In this document: positions 36,616 through 44,581 of the stretch, piece by piece | Numbering within the stretch: position 1 is the first letter of the stretch | Layout: the number at the start of each line of letters is the position of its first letter | Assembly: GCA_025358455.1 (NCBI GenBank) | Contig: JANYJP010000040.1 | Coordinates: 1,758 to 65,757 of the forward strand | DNA from: Bacteroidales bacterium | GTDB taxonomy: Bacteria; Bacteroidota; Bacteroidia; Bacteroidales; VadinHA17 | Length of the DNA: 64,000 bases | Direction: 5' to 3' | Program-made: the position numbers and the translations under genes | Notes under the pieces: generated by a model | The model's database searches: none | Told to the model about the DNA's origin: nothing | What the model saw: only the letters and a program-made list of their open reading frames with translations

Positions 36616-37884
36616 TTAAAGTATCATTCCGGCACCGACAGTCTCATTGGTTCCTTCATCAACAAATATCATGCTGCCCGTAATATTGTTTTTCTTGTAG
36701 GGGTCAAAAAATACTGGTTTTGAGGTTTTTATAGTAATATTTGCTATATCGTTCATATTGATTGTGATGTTCTCAAAATCTTGTTCCATAGTGTTTATGT
36801 TCATCCTGTAATGAATCGATTTCACTATACAACCTGCTACATTGCTGTTCATTCGTATTAGATACCTTCCACCAACTTTTAACTGACGCTCATTAAACCA
36901 GCATACCATAAGATTGATATCCTGACTTATTACAGGAATGTCGTGGGGTGAAACAAGCATGTCGCCACGACTTATATCTATCTGATCATCAAGTGACATT
37001 GCTACTGAGTCACCTGCGCTGCACTCTGAAAGTGATTCTCCAAAAAGGTCGATACTTTTAATCTTCGTCCTAAGTAAAGATGGTAAAACGGCAACTTCAT
37101 CACCGGGCTTGAATAATCCACCTGCAACCCTGCCTGCATAACCCCTGTAATCATGAAACTCAGCAGTATGGGGACGTATTATTGTTTGCACAGGAAACCG
37201 CTTATTCTCAGGATTTTTGTTTTTTCTGATCTCAATTGTCTCTATCAGGTTCAGAAAGGTTTTCCCGTCATACCATTTAATGTTTTCCGATCTGTCAACA
37301 ACATTGTCTCCATATTTGGCGCTGATGGGAATATAATGCACATCAGGGATATTAAGCTTATTTACAAGTAAGGCCAGCTCTGCTTTTATGCATTTAAATA
37401 CCGGCTCGGACCATTCCATCATATCCATCTTGTTGATACAGAAAATTATATGTTGGATATCCAGCAGAGAAGCGATATATGAATGTCTTATGGTTTGTTC
37501 CAGAACACCTTTTCTGGCGTCTATCAGGATTACTGCAAGGTCGGCTGTACTCGCACCTGTAACCATATTTCTTGTATATTGAATATGTCCCGGAGTATCA
37601 GCAATAATAAATTTTCTTGCAGGAGTTGCAAAGTATCTGTAGGCCACATCAATTGTTATACCCTGTTCACGCTCCGCTCTCAGGCCATCTGTAAGGAGTG
37701 AAAGATCAAGTTCTTCTCTGCCAAGACGTTTCCCTGATTGTACAATATGTTCCATCTGGTCCTCGAAAATTGATTTGCTGTCATAGAGCAAACGACCGAT
37801 CAGGGTGCTTTTCCCGTCATCAACACTTCCCGCGGTTGTTAATCTCAGGAGACTTTTATTTTTGATTTTACCGTTTATCTTCAT
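36616..37884 (-). CDS. cysN: Sulfate adenylyltransferase subunit 1 (GTPase), without a fused APS-kinase domain
   Basis: G1 GSVDDGKSTLIGRL, G3 DTPGH, G4 NKMD. The preferred start is the ATG at 37884 (MKINGKIK). The track ORF extends to 37932. Confidence 0.9.
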   Translation of the reverse strand: MKINGKIKNKSLLRLTTAGSVDDGKSTLIGRLLYDSKSIFEDQMEHIVQSGKRLGREELDLSLLTDGLRAEREQGITIDVAYRYFATPARKFIIADTPGHIQYTRNMVTGASTADLAVILIDARKGVLEQTIRHSYIASLLDIQHIIFCINKMDMMEWSEPVFKCIKAELALLVNKLNIPDVHYIPISAKYGDNVVDRSENIKWYDGKTFLNLIETIEIRKNKNPENKRFPVQTIIRPHTAEFHDYRGYAGRVAGGLFKPGDEVAVLPSLLRTKIKSIDLFGESLSECSAGDSVAMSLDDQIDISRGDMLVSPHDIPVISQDINLMVCWFNERQLKVGGRYLIRMNSNVAGCIVKSIHYRMNINTMEQDFENITINMNDIANITIKTSKPVFFDPYKKNNITGSMIFVDEGTNETVGAGMIL

Positions 37885-37971
37885 TTTACTGCGTCTTATT
37901 ATGTACAATGGACATGCAATGTCATGTCCCAACTTCCTGTCTACCGGAAGGCAGGTTGTCTTTTGTCTTAT

Positions 37972-38904
37972 TCAAAAATACCCTTCTTTTTTGCGGTCTT
38001 CCATTGCTGCTTCAGAGCGTTTATCATCATATCTTCCTCCTCTTTCCGTTATTCGGGTAGCTGCGATTTCTGAAATAATCTCTTCCAGGGAATCAGCCTT
38101 TGATAATGTTACTCCGGTGCATGTTATATCTCCGATGGTCCGGCAACGGACATCTGTTTCAAATACTTTCTCAGTAGGCTTTAGCTGCATAAATGGAGCC
38201 CATGCAAGATATATTCCGTTACGTTTGAATATCTTTCGTTTATGGGTATAATATAAATTAGGAAGTTTAATATTCTCATTAAGAATGTATTGCCATACAT
38301 CCAGTTCAGTCCAGTTGCTTATTGGAAATACTCTGAAATGTTCACCCGGATGTTTTCTGCCGTTAAAGATATTCCATAACTCAGGACGCTGATTTTTTGG
38401 GTCCCATTGTCCGAATTCGTTCCTGTGAGAGAAGAAACGTTCTTTAGCGCGTGCCTTTTCTTCATCGCGGCGCCCGCCTCCGATTGCAACATCAATATTA
38501 AGTTCTTCGATGGCATCGAGAAGTGTAATTGACTGGGCCTTGTTACGACTGGCATTTACCCCTTGCTCTTCAACTACCCTGCCATTATCAATTGAATCCT
38601 GTACCTTTTTTACAATTAATTCAGCATCGAATTCTTTTGCAAGGTCATCACGGAATTTTAATGTCTCTTCAAAATTGTGACCTGTATCAATATGCATCAG
38701 GGTAAATGGGATCCTGGCAGGCCAGAATGCTTTCCTTGCAAGATGCACAAGCACAATTGAATCTTTACCTCCTGAAAACAAAAGTACTTTTTTCTCGAAT
38801 TGTGCAGCAACCTCACGCATCACAAATATTGCCTCATTTTCAAGCTCTTTGAGGTGTTCGTCGTTTATATTTATCAAATTCTTCATTTGTCTTTTGTCTT
38901 TCAT
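37972..38904 (-). CDS. cysD: Sulfate adenylyltransferase subunit 2
   Basis: 310 aa. PP-loop FSGGKDS. Its start overlaps the cysH stop in an ATGA arrangement. Confidence 0.9.
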   Translation of the reverse strand: MKDKRQMKNLININDEHLKELENEAIFVMREVAAQFEKKVLLFSGGKDSIVLVHLARKAFWPARIPFTLMHIDTGHNFEETLKFRDDLAKEFDAELIVKKVQDSIDNGRVVEEQGVNASRNKAQSITLLDAIEELNIDVAIGGGRRDEEKARAKERFFSHRNEFGQWDPKNQRPELWNIFNGRKHPGEHFRVFPISNWTELDVWQYILNENIKLPNLYYTHKRKIFKRNGIYLAWAPFMQLKPTEKVFETDVRCRTIGDITCTGVTLSKADSLEEIISEIAATRITERGGRYDDKRSEAAMEDRKKEGYF

Positions 38905-39596
38905 TTAATATGGCATCCACACTCTTTCGGTCCGTCATTTTCCCACCACCATCTGCCAGCCCTGAAATCCTGACCCGCCTTTATTGCCCTTGTGCAAGGT
39001 TCACAGCCAATGCTGACGTATCCTTTGTCGTGCAGGGAATTATAAGGAACGTTGTTTTCCTTTATGAAGTTATTCACTTCATCAAATGACCAGCTGAAAA
39101 GAGGATAGTATTTAAAAAGGTTTTTGTTCTCGTCATATTCAATCCAATCCATTTGTTGTCTGTCGTCAGACTGACCGGCCCTGATACCCGATATCCAACA
39201 TTCCATGCCTTTAAGGGCCCTAGTCAGAGGTACAACCTTTCTGAGTTTGCAACACTCTTTCCTGTCTTCAACCGACTTATAAAAGCTGAAGGGCCCTTTT
39301 TCCGTGACCATTTTTTCTATAGCTTCATATTCAGGAAAAAAGATATTTATTTTCTTTTTATATTTAATTATCGTGTTGGAGAGCACATCATAAGTCTGAG
39401 GGAATAGCCTTCCTGTATCCAGAGTAATAACCTTAATATCTATATTGTTTGTAAATATTTTATGCGTTATTACCTGATCTTCAATTCCCAGACTTGTGGT
39501 AAATACTATCTTTTCGGGGAACAGAGATGCTAACTTATTTAACTGAGCTTCTACGGAAAGATCCGAGAGTTGATTTTTTAATTCCTGTAACTGCAT
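38901..39596 (-). CDS. cysH: Assimilatory adenylylsulfate (APS)/PAPS reductase, Fe-S cluster-containing type
   Basis: 231 aa. Cys pairs ECCKLRKVVPL and SIGCEPCT. C-terminal catalytic KECGCH, where the canonical motif is ECGLH. Confidence 0.85.
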   Translation of the reverse strand: MQLQELKNQLSDLSVEAQLNKLASLFPEKIVFTTSLGIEDQVITHKIFTNNIDIKVITLDTGRLFPQTYDVLSNTIIKYKKKINIFFPEYEAIEKMVTEKGPFSFYKSVEDRKECCKLRKVVPLTRALKGMECWISGIRAGQSDDRQQMDWIEYDENKNLFKYYPLFSWSFDEVNNFIKENNVPYNSLHDKGYVSIGCEPCTRAIKAGQDFRAGRWWWENDGPKECGCHIK

Positions 39597-39643
39597 ATTG
39601 TTTAATCATTAAATGTTAATTATATATTATAGTATCTTCCTGA

Positions 39644-40486
39644 TTAACTGAAACTTCCTGAAAGATAATCCCGGGTTAGTTGTTTCTTGGGATTATTAAA
39701 GAATTCTTCAGTAGGGCCCGCTTCTATTATTTGGCCCAGGTACATGAATATTATATAGTCAGCAATTCGTTTAGCCTGTCTCAGAGTATGGGTTACCAGA
39801 ATAATCGTGTATTTTTCTTTCAGTTTGATAAAAAGTTCTTCGATTTTTTTTGTTGAAAGTGGATCAAGGGCAGACGTCGCCTCATCTCCAAGAATATATT
39901 CTGGTTCTATAGCAAGACCTCTGGCCAGGCAGAGTCTCTGTTGCTGTCCAATAGATAATCTGGTGGCGGATGTACGAACTCTTTCTCTGACCTCATCCCA
40001 CAAACCTACATACTGAAGATATTGTATTACAGTCTGATTGAGCGCTTTTCTTCTTTTTATCCCATGAATCCGGGGGCCATAGGCAACATTATCAAATATT
40101 GACATTGGAAGGGGACAAGGACGCTGAGCAAGCAGGCCCATCTTTTTCCGTGTATCAATAACATTCACATGGGGATCATAAATATTTTCATCATCAACAA
40201 ATACTTTTCCACTGATCTTAACCTCAGGGGTTTCATCATGCATCCTGTTCAGCGTTTTAAGAAAAGTTGATTTTCCGCAACCCGATGGTCCAATAATACA
40301 GGTGATACTTTTTTCGGGTATAGTCAGGTTAATATCCTTTAGAATATGCTGAGTATCAATGTAAACATCCAGATTCTCAATTTTAATAGACTGACTATTA
40401 ATTAGCTTCTTCAGTGTGATCGTTTCATTCGTCTCCATAAAAGGATTTTTTATGCTACTTAATAGCTGAGGGTTTGTTGATATCAT
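39644..40486 (-). CDS. pstB: PstB-family ABC ATPase (divergent)
   Basis: Walker A GPSGCGKST. PstB-specific motifs: LNRMHD, PLPMSIFDNVAYG, FMYLGQIIE, TRDYLSG. The signature reads LSIGQQQRL rather than LSGGQQQRL. Confidence 0.8.
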   Translation of the reverse strand: MISTNPQLLSSIKNPFMETNETITLKKLINSQSIKIENLDVYIDTQHILKDINLTIPEKSITCIIGPSGCGKSTFLKTLNRMHDETPEVKISGKVFVDDENIYDPHVNVIDTRKKMGLLAQRPCPLPMSIFDNVAYGPRIHGIKRRKALNQTVIQYLQYVGLWDEVRERVRTSATRLSIGQQQRLCLARGLAIEPEYILGDEATSALDPLSTKKIEELFIKLKEKYTIILVTHTLRQAKRIADYIIFMYLGQIIEAGPTEEFFNNPKKQLTRDYLSGSFS

Positions 40487-41328
40487 ATCTTGTTTTTTGA
40501 AAATTTTGAACTAAAATATCGAGCAGAGAAACTCAGGATCAGGATAATCACTGTTAGGATTATTGCTGAAGCATAGGCACGGTTCTGAACCTCTTCAACC
40601 GGACTCCCAAGCTGAAAGAATATTGAAAGAGGCAACGTAGCTGCCGGTTGATTAAGTGATGCTGGTATGTTATCGGTATATCCGGCTGTAAACAGAACAG
40701 TAGCTGCATCGCCGATACCTCTCCCGATGGCTAGTAAAATTGCGGTTACTAATCCGGGCATTAGTTGTCTCATTAACACTTTGACCATCTCAAATTTGGT
40801 AGCCCCAAGTGAGAGTAATGCGTCAGGCAGATCATGTGACAGAAGCCTGGTTATTTCATCAAATGAACGCATCATAATAGGCATTATAAGCATGGCAACT
40901 GTAAGAATGCCTCCCAGTAATGAGGCTCTTACCCCCAGATAGACCATAAGTGCAAAACCGAATGCACCATAAACAATAGAAGGAATTCCGAATAGAATAT
41001 CGAGAGAAAATCTGATTGCAGCGGAGAAAAATGAATTCAGTGGTAAATAGAAGTTAATATACATGACGAGAGGGACACTGATTACTATACTGATAGCGAG
41101 AGCTCCCAGGATAATATATACAGATCCTGCAATTGCATTCAATACACCTCCTTCTTTCCCGAGATAAAATCCGCCGCCCGGAAGCTTTGTTATCATGTCC
41201 AATGTAAGAGCCGGTAAGCCTTTGTAGAAAACCGTTGAAATTATGAACACAAGCACCCCAAGGATGACTATGGCAGCACAGATCATTATTACCTTAAATA
41301 TTTTCTCTTCCAATTGTTTCATAATCAT
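40483..41328 (-). CDS. pstA: PstA-like ABC permease
   Basis: 281 aa, about 6 TM segments. Gene order and size match pstA. Its stop overlaps the pstB start. Confidence 0.75.
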   Translation of the reverse strand: MIMKQLEEKIFKVIMICAAIVILGVLVFIISTVFYKGLPALTLDMITKLPGGGFYLGKEGGVLNAIAGSVYIILGALAISIVISVPLVMYINFYLPLNSFFSAAIRFSLDILFGIPSIVYGAFGFALMVYLGVRASLLGGILTVAMLIMPIMMRSFDEITRLLSHDLPDALLSLGATKFEMVKVLMRQLMPGLVTAILLAIGRGIGDAATVLFTAGYTDNIPASLNQPAATLPLSIFFQLGSPVEEVQNRAYASAIILTVIILILSFSARYFSSKFSKNKI

Positions 41329-41350
41329 CTGTAAATAATATTTTTGGTTA

Positions 41351-42247
41351 TCAGAATTGATATCTTTTTTCTATCTGATTAAGAGTAAATCTGGAAATCC
41401 CGTTAAACAATACTACAATAATGAAGAGGAGGAATGCTGAGAACATTAGTGCTGATTCATAACTTGGCAGTGAAAGCATTTCACCATAGTTGTTTGCGAT
41501 TAAGGCAGGAAGAGGATAACAGGCGTCAAATATTGAATGAGGAATTTGCGTAATATTTCCGCAAACCATCAGTACCGCCATTGTTTCTCCAAATGCCCTT
41601 GATAAGGCCAGAACTGTTGCAGCAATAATCCCTGAAATGGATTTCCTTAAAATGACTTTCTTAACTGTCTGCCACCTGGTTGCACCCATTGATAAAGAAG
41701 CGTCGATCATCTCTTTAGGAATGGAACGAAATACTTCCACCATGATACTGATCAATAATGGAATAATCATTACCGCAAGAACTATACCCCCTGCAAGCAC
41801 AGTATACCCGCTGGAAAATTCAACAAATACAGGAGCTATCTTATTGGCTATCAAAGGAACAATTGTCAGGGTCCCCCAAATCCCATAGATAACGGGAGGA
41901 ATGCCTGAAAGCAGATCAATGACGGGTTCAAAAAATCGTTTCACAGTCTTTGAGGCGTAAGAATTCAGATAGATACTTGTTAGAATAGAAAAGGGAAGGG
42001 CAATAATAATTGCAATAAGCGATACATAAAATGTACTTAGAATGAACGGCAAAAATCCAAAATCACCTTTGAATGGTTTCCAGTCAGAGGATGTAAGAAG
42101 CACCCACAGGTTTTTCTCTTTCATTATAGGCAATGCTTTGAAAAACAGACTTAAACCTATTGCAAGAAGAAAAAGTATAGTAAAAATGGCAATGCCCAGC
42201 ATAAAATACCGGGCAGTTTTATCTTTTACAGCTCTGAGGCGACGCAT
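41351..42247 (-). CDS. pstC: PstC-like ABC permease
   Basis: 298 aa, multi-TM. Starts 4 nt after the binding-protein gene. Confidence 0.75.
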   Translation of the reverse strand: MRRLRAVKDKTARYFMLGIAIFTILFLLAIGLSLFFKALPIMKEKNLWVLLTSSDWKPFKGDFGFLPFILSTFYVSLIAIIIALPFSILTSIYLNSYASKTVKRFFEPVIDLLSGIPPVIYGIWGTLTIVPLIANKIAPVFVEFSSGYTVLAGGIVLAVMIIPLLISIMVEVFRSIPKEMIDASLSMGATRWQTVKKVILRKSISGIIAATVLALSRAFGETMAVLMVCGNITQIPHSIFDACYPLPALIANNYGEMLSLPSYESALMFSAFLLFIIVVLFNGISRFTLNQIEKRYQF

Positions 42248-42251
42248 TTCT

Positions 42252-43205
42252 TTATTTTAGTTTCTTTTTCTCCGATTCTATTCGTTCTGCCGGAAGCGAA
42301 ATATATCCTGATTCATTAACGAATTTTTGCCCGTCAGTCAGCACCCACAAGATAAATTCTGTCAGAACCTTGTTGTTTGTGGGATTGCCTTTCATAACAA
42401 AGTATAATTCCCTCGAAGGCGGTGAAGGATATTTGCCTGAGGCGATCGCGGCTATCAAATCATTCATTGTTTTGTAAAAATCTTCGTCACTATCAATCTT
42501 CCCATTATTATTCAGGTCGACCGGAACAACTTTCAGACCTTTGATTTGCTGTTTTGTTGTTGCATCATATACATAACTAATATTATTGTATCCGATGCCA
42601 AGAGGATCTTTTTTTACTGCCTGAGCTAATCCGGGATCTCCGAATACACCAACACCTAATAGATCTTCTTGTTTTTTACCAAAGAACTTTGCCCATATCT
42701 CAGCTGCACCACAGGCATCCGATCTGGTATATATATGGATCGGGTATGCTGATTTTACTTCAAATGCCTGGGCCCAGGTAGTATATCTGCCTGTTACCCA
42801 GATATCGTTCCCTGCATCTTTCTTTAACCCCGTTGTCAGAATCTCCTTAAGCATCGGATTAGATTCACTAATTACAGCTACTACAGCATCTTTTGTGACG
42901 GCGATCGGGAAAGCCCCTTTTTTCATCTCTTCAGGATATATTTCCCTCGATACCATACCTATCTCAACCATACTATTAAGAGCATCAGAAATACCCTTTC
43001 CTGCTCCTCCGGCTGAGATGTCAAACCTGACTCCTGGATTTATTTTTTTGTATTCATCCGCCCATCTTATAACCATTGGGTAGAGCGCAAATGCCCCTGA
43101 AATACTTATCTGACCTGAACTCTTTTGCTGACTGTAAGATTTTGGAACAGACAATGAAGAAACAATGACAACAAAAAGGAGAAATGATTTGGTTAGTAGT
43201 TTCAT
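42252..43205 (-). CDS. pstS: PstS/PhoT-family periplasmic oxyanion-binding protein (divergent ligand motifs)
   Basis: The real start is probably the ATG at 43205 (MKLLTKSFLLFVVIVSSLSVPKSYSQ signal peptide). PBP motifs are ISGAFALYPMV, AGGAGKG and IGMVSREIY. Confidence 0.7.
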   Translation of the reverse strand: MKLLTKSFLLFVVIVSSLSVPKSYSQQKSSGQISISGAFALYPMVIRWADEYKKINPGVRFDISAGGAGKGISDALNSMVEIGMVSREIYPEEMKKGAFPIAVTKDAVVAVISESNPMLKEILTTGLKKDAGNDIWVTGRYTTWAQAFEVKSAYPIHIYTRSDACGAAEIWAKFFGKKQEDLLGVGVFGDPGLAQAVKKDPLGIGYNNISYVYDATTKQQIKGLKVVPVDLNNNGKIDSDEDFYKTMNDLIAAIASGKYPSPPSRELYFVMKGNPTNNKVLTEFILWVLTDGQKFVNESGYISLPAERIESEKKKLK

Positions 43206-43272
43206 ACGTGAATAATTTAATATTAAGAGGCCGGATAGAAATTGCAGGCTCATAGTTAATATGCCCTGATAA

Positions 43273-44394
43273 TCAGAAACCAACCTGGTATTGAACAGAT
43301 AAATAATTGTTATCAACAGAAGTACCTTCCTCCTGCTTTATAGTATAAAATGCCTGTAACCTTGACCAGCTGTTGAAAGTGTAATTAGCGCCAAATACAT
43401 AGTTAGTAGAAATGTTATTTCCAGTTCCTGTATTAGGGTCGTATATGTCATATTTGCCGAGGATCTGAATTTTTTGAGGAATTAAATAATAACCCGTTTG
43501 CAGATACCAGCCTGCTCTGTTTGTATTCCCATCTTTCCCTTTAATATATTCTCCTTTTAAAGAAAACCGGGTTGCAACATAACTGAATTCAGCAGCAAAT
43601 CTGTCACGGGTTTGACTCTGACCTATCACATCGGGCTTTATGGCCTTATCCCGGCCCATGTATATTCCTCCTCCAAATGAAAGTCCTTTGAGTGGGGTAA
43701 ATATCAGGCGTCCGGCAATATCCTTATTCTCATTTGCAGTATCTGCCACATTTATTCCTGAGCCATTAAAAACGCCAATACGGTATTCAATTAATGGTAT
43801 GTTTTTTAATTTCAGAAGTGTACCACTGACCTGAATTCCTATATCTCGGCCGTTCTGATTACCGATAACGTCTTTGCCGCGTGCGATCAAAGCTTCAACA
43901 ACCTGCGAACGGTCAATCATTTCAAGCTTATTTGATGAACTGAGATTCTCAAGTGACATTGGAATTTTGAACTGGCCGGCAGTAACTGAAAAATAGTCAG
44001 CTAACTTAATCTCACCATAGGCATCAATTAATTTTGGTTTATCGACCAGGTCAGCCTGAACTCTGTATGAGAAAACAGGTGTAACAGATCCTTTTAAATC
44101 AATTCTGGCCCGGCGTATATCAAAACCATCTTTTTTCCCGGCCTCATCCAGAAACTGATATCTTATCTGTGAATAACCTGTTAATTGCATCTGTCTCGTT
44201 GCACTAATAAAAAATGATTTCCGGGAGGCATCTGTCTGCTGTTGAAGAAGAGCAGCCTCCGCCCTGACTGAATCAGCCTGCGCCTGGCTGATAGTTTTAT
44301 TTGAGATTAGTAAATTGAGGATGTCATTAGTTGATTGAGACAATACATCCGTAATAATCAAGAGGAAAAATGCGAGTGAAAATAAGAGCTTCAT
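43273..44394 (-). CDS. Phosphate-selective porin O/P family outer-membrane anion channel
   Basis: 373 aa. It has a signal peptide and an N-terminal coiled segment (QAQADSVRAEAALLQQQ). The beta-strand-rich body ends in ...YLSVQYQVGF. Confidence 0.75.
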   Translation of the reverse strand: MKLLFSLAFFLLIITDVLSQSTNDILNLLISNKTISQAQADSVRAEAALLQQQTDASRKSFFISATRQMQLTGYSQIRYQFLDEAGKKDGFDIRRARIDLKGSVTPVFSYRVQADLVDKPKLIDAYGEIKLADYFSVTAGQFKIPMSLENLSSSNKLEMIDRSQVVEALIARGKDVIGNQNGRDIGIQVSGTLLKLKNIPLIEYRIGVFNGSGINVADTANENKDIAGRLIFTPLKGLSFGGGIYMGRDKAIKPDVIGQSQTRDRFAAEFSYVATRFSLKGEYIKGKDGNTNRAGWYLQTGYYLIPQKIQILGKYDIYDPNTGTGNNISTNYVFGANYTFNSWSRLQAFYTIKQEEGTSVDNNYLSVQYQVGF

Positions 44395-44415
44395 AATGTC
44401 TGCCGATTATGTGAA

Positions 44416-44423
44416 CAAATGTA
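44416..44423 (-). promoter_or_regulatory. Candidate -7 promoter element upstream of the porin gene
   Basis: TACATTTG on the minus strand matches TAnnTTTG. It lies 21 nt upstream of the porin ATG. Confidence 0.3.
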
Positions 44424-44512
44424 CTGACCATAATGCAGATCATGATTGGCATAAAAACCAAGATTGGTTAGGTATTAATACTTAACTTTATCAAAAATTT
44501 TCAGGTGTTGAT

Positions 44513-44581
44513 ATGATATTGTCAAAAAAAACCAGGTATGCAATAGCAGCTTTAACGAGGCTGGCAAGGACCGCAGGACCT
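44513..44581 (+). pseudogene. Truncated Rrf2-family regulator (first ~22 codons only)
   Basis: MILSKKTRYAIAALTRLARTAG matches the conserved Rrf2 N-terminal helix pattern. Similarity stops where the convergent 759-aa gene ends (44581). Confidence 0.35.

Noticed and set aside
37805-38251. 148-aa plus-strand ORF spanning the cysN/cysD junction
   Set aside because: It is antisense to two strongly supported genes. Its Leu/Ser/Arg-rich composition is typical of a reverse frame.
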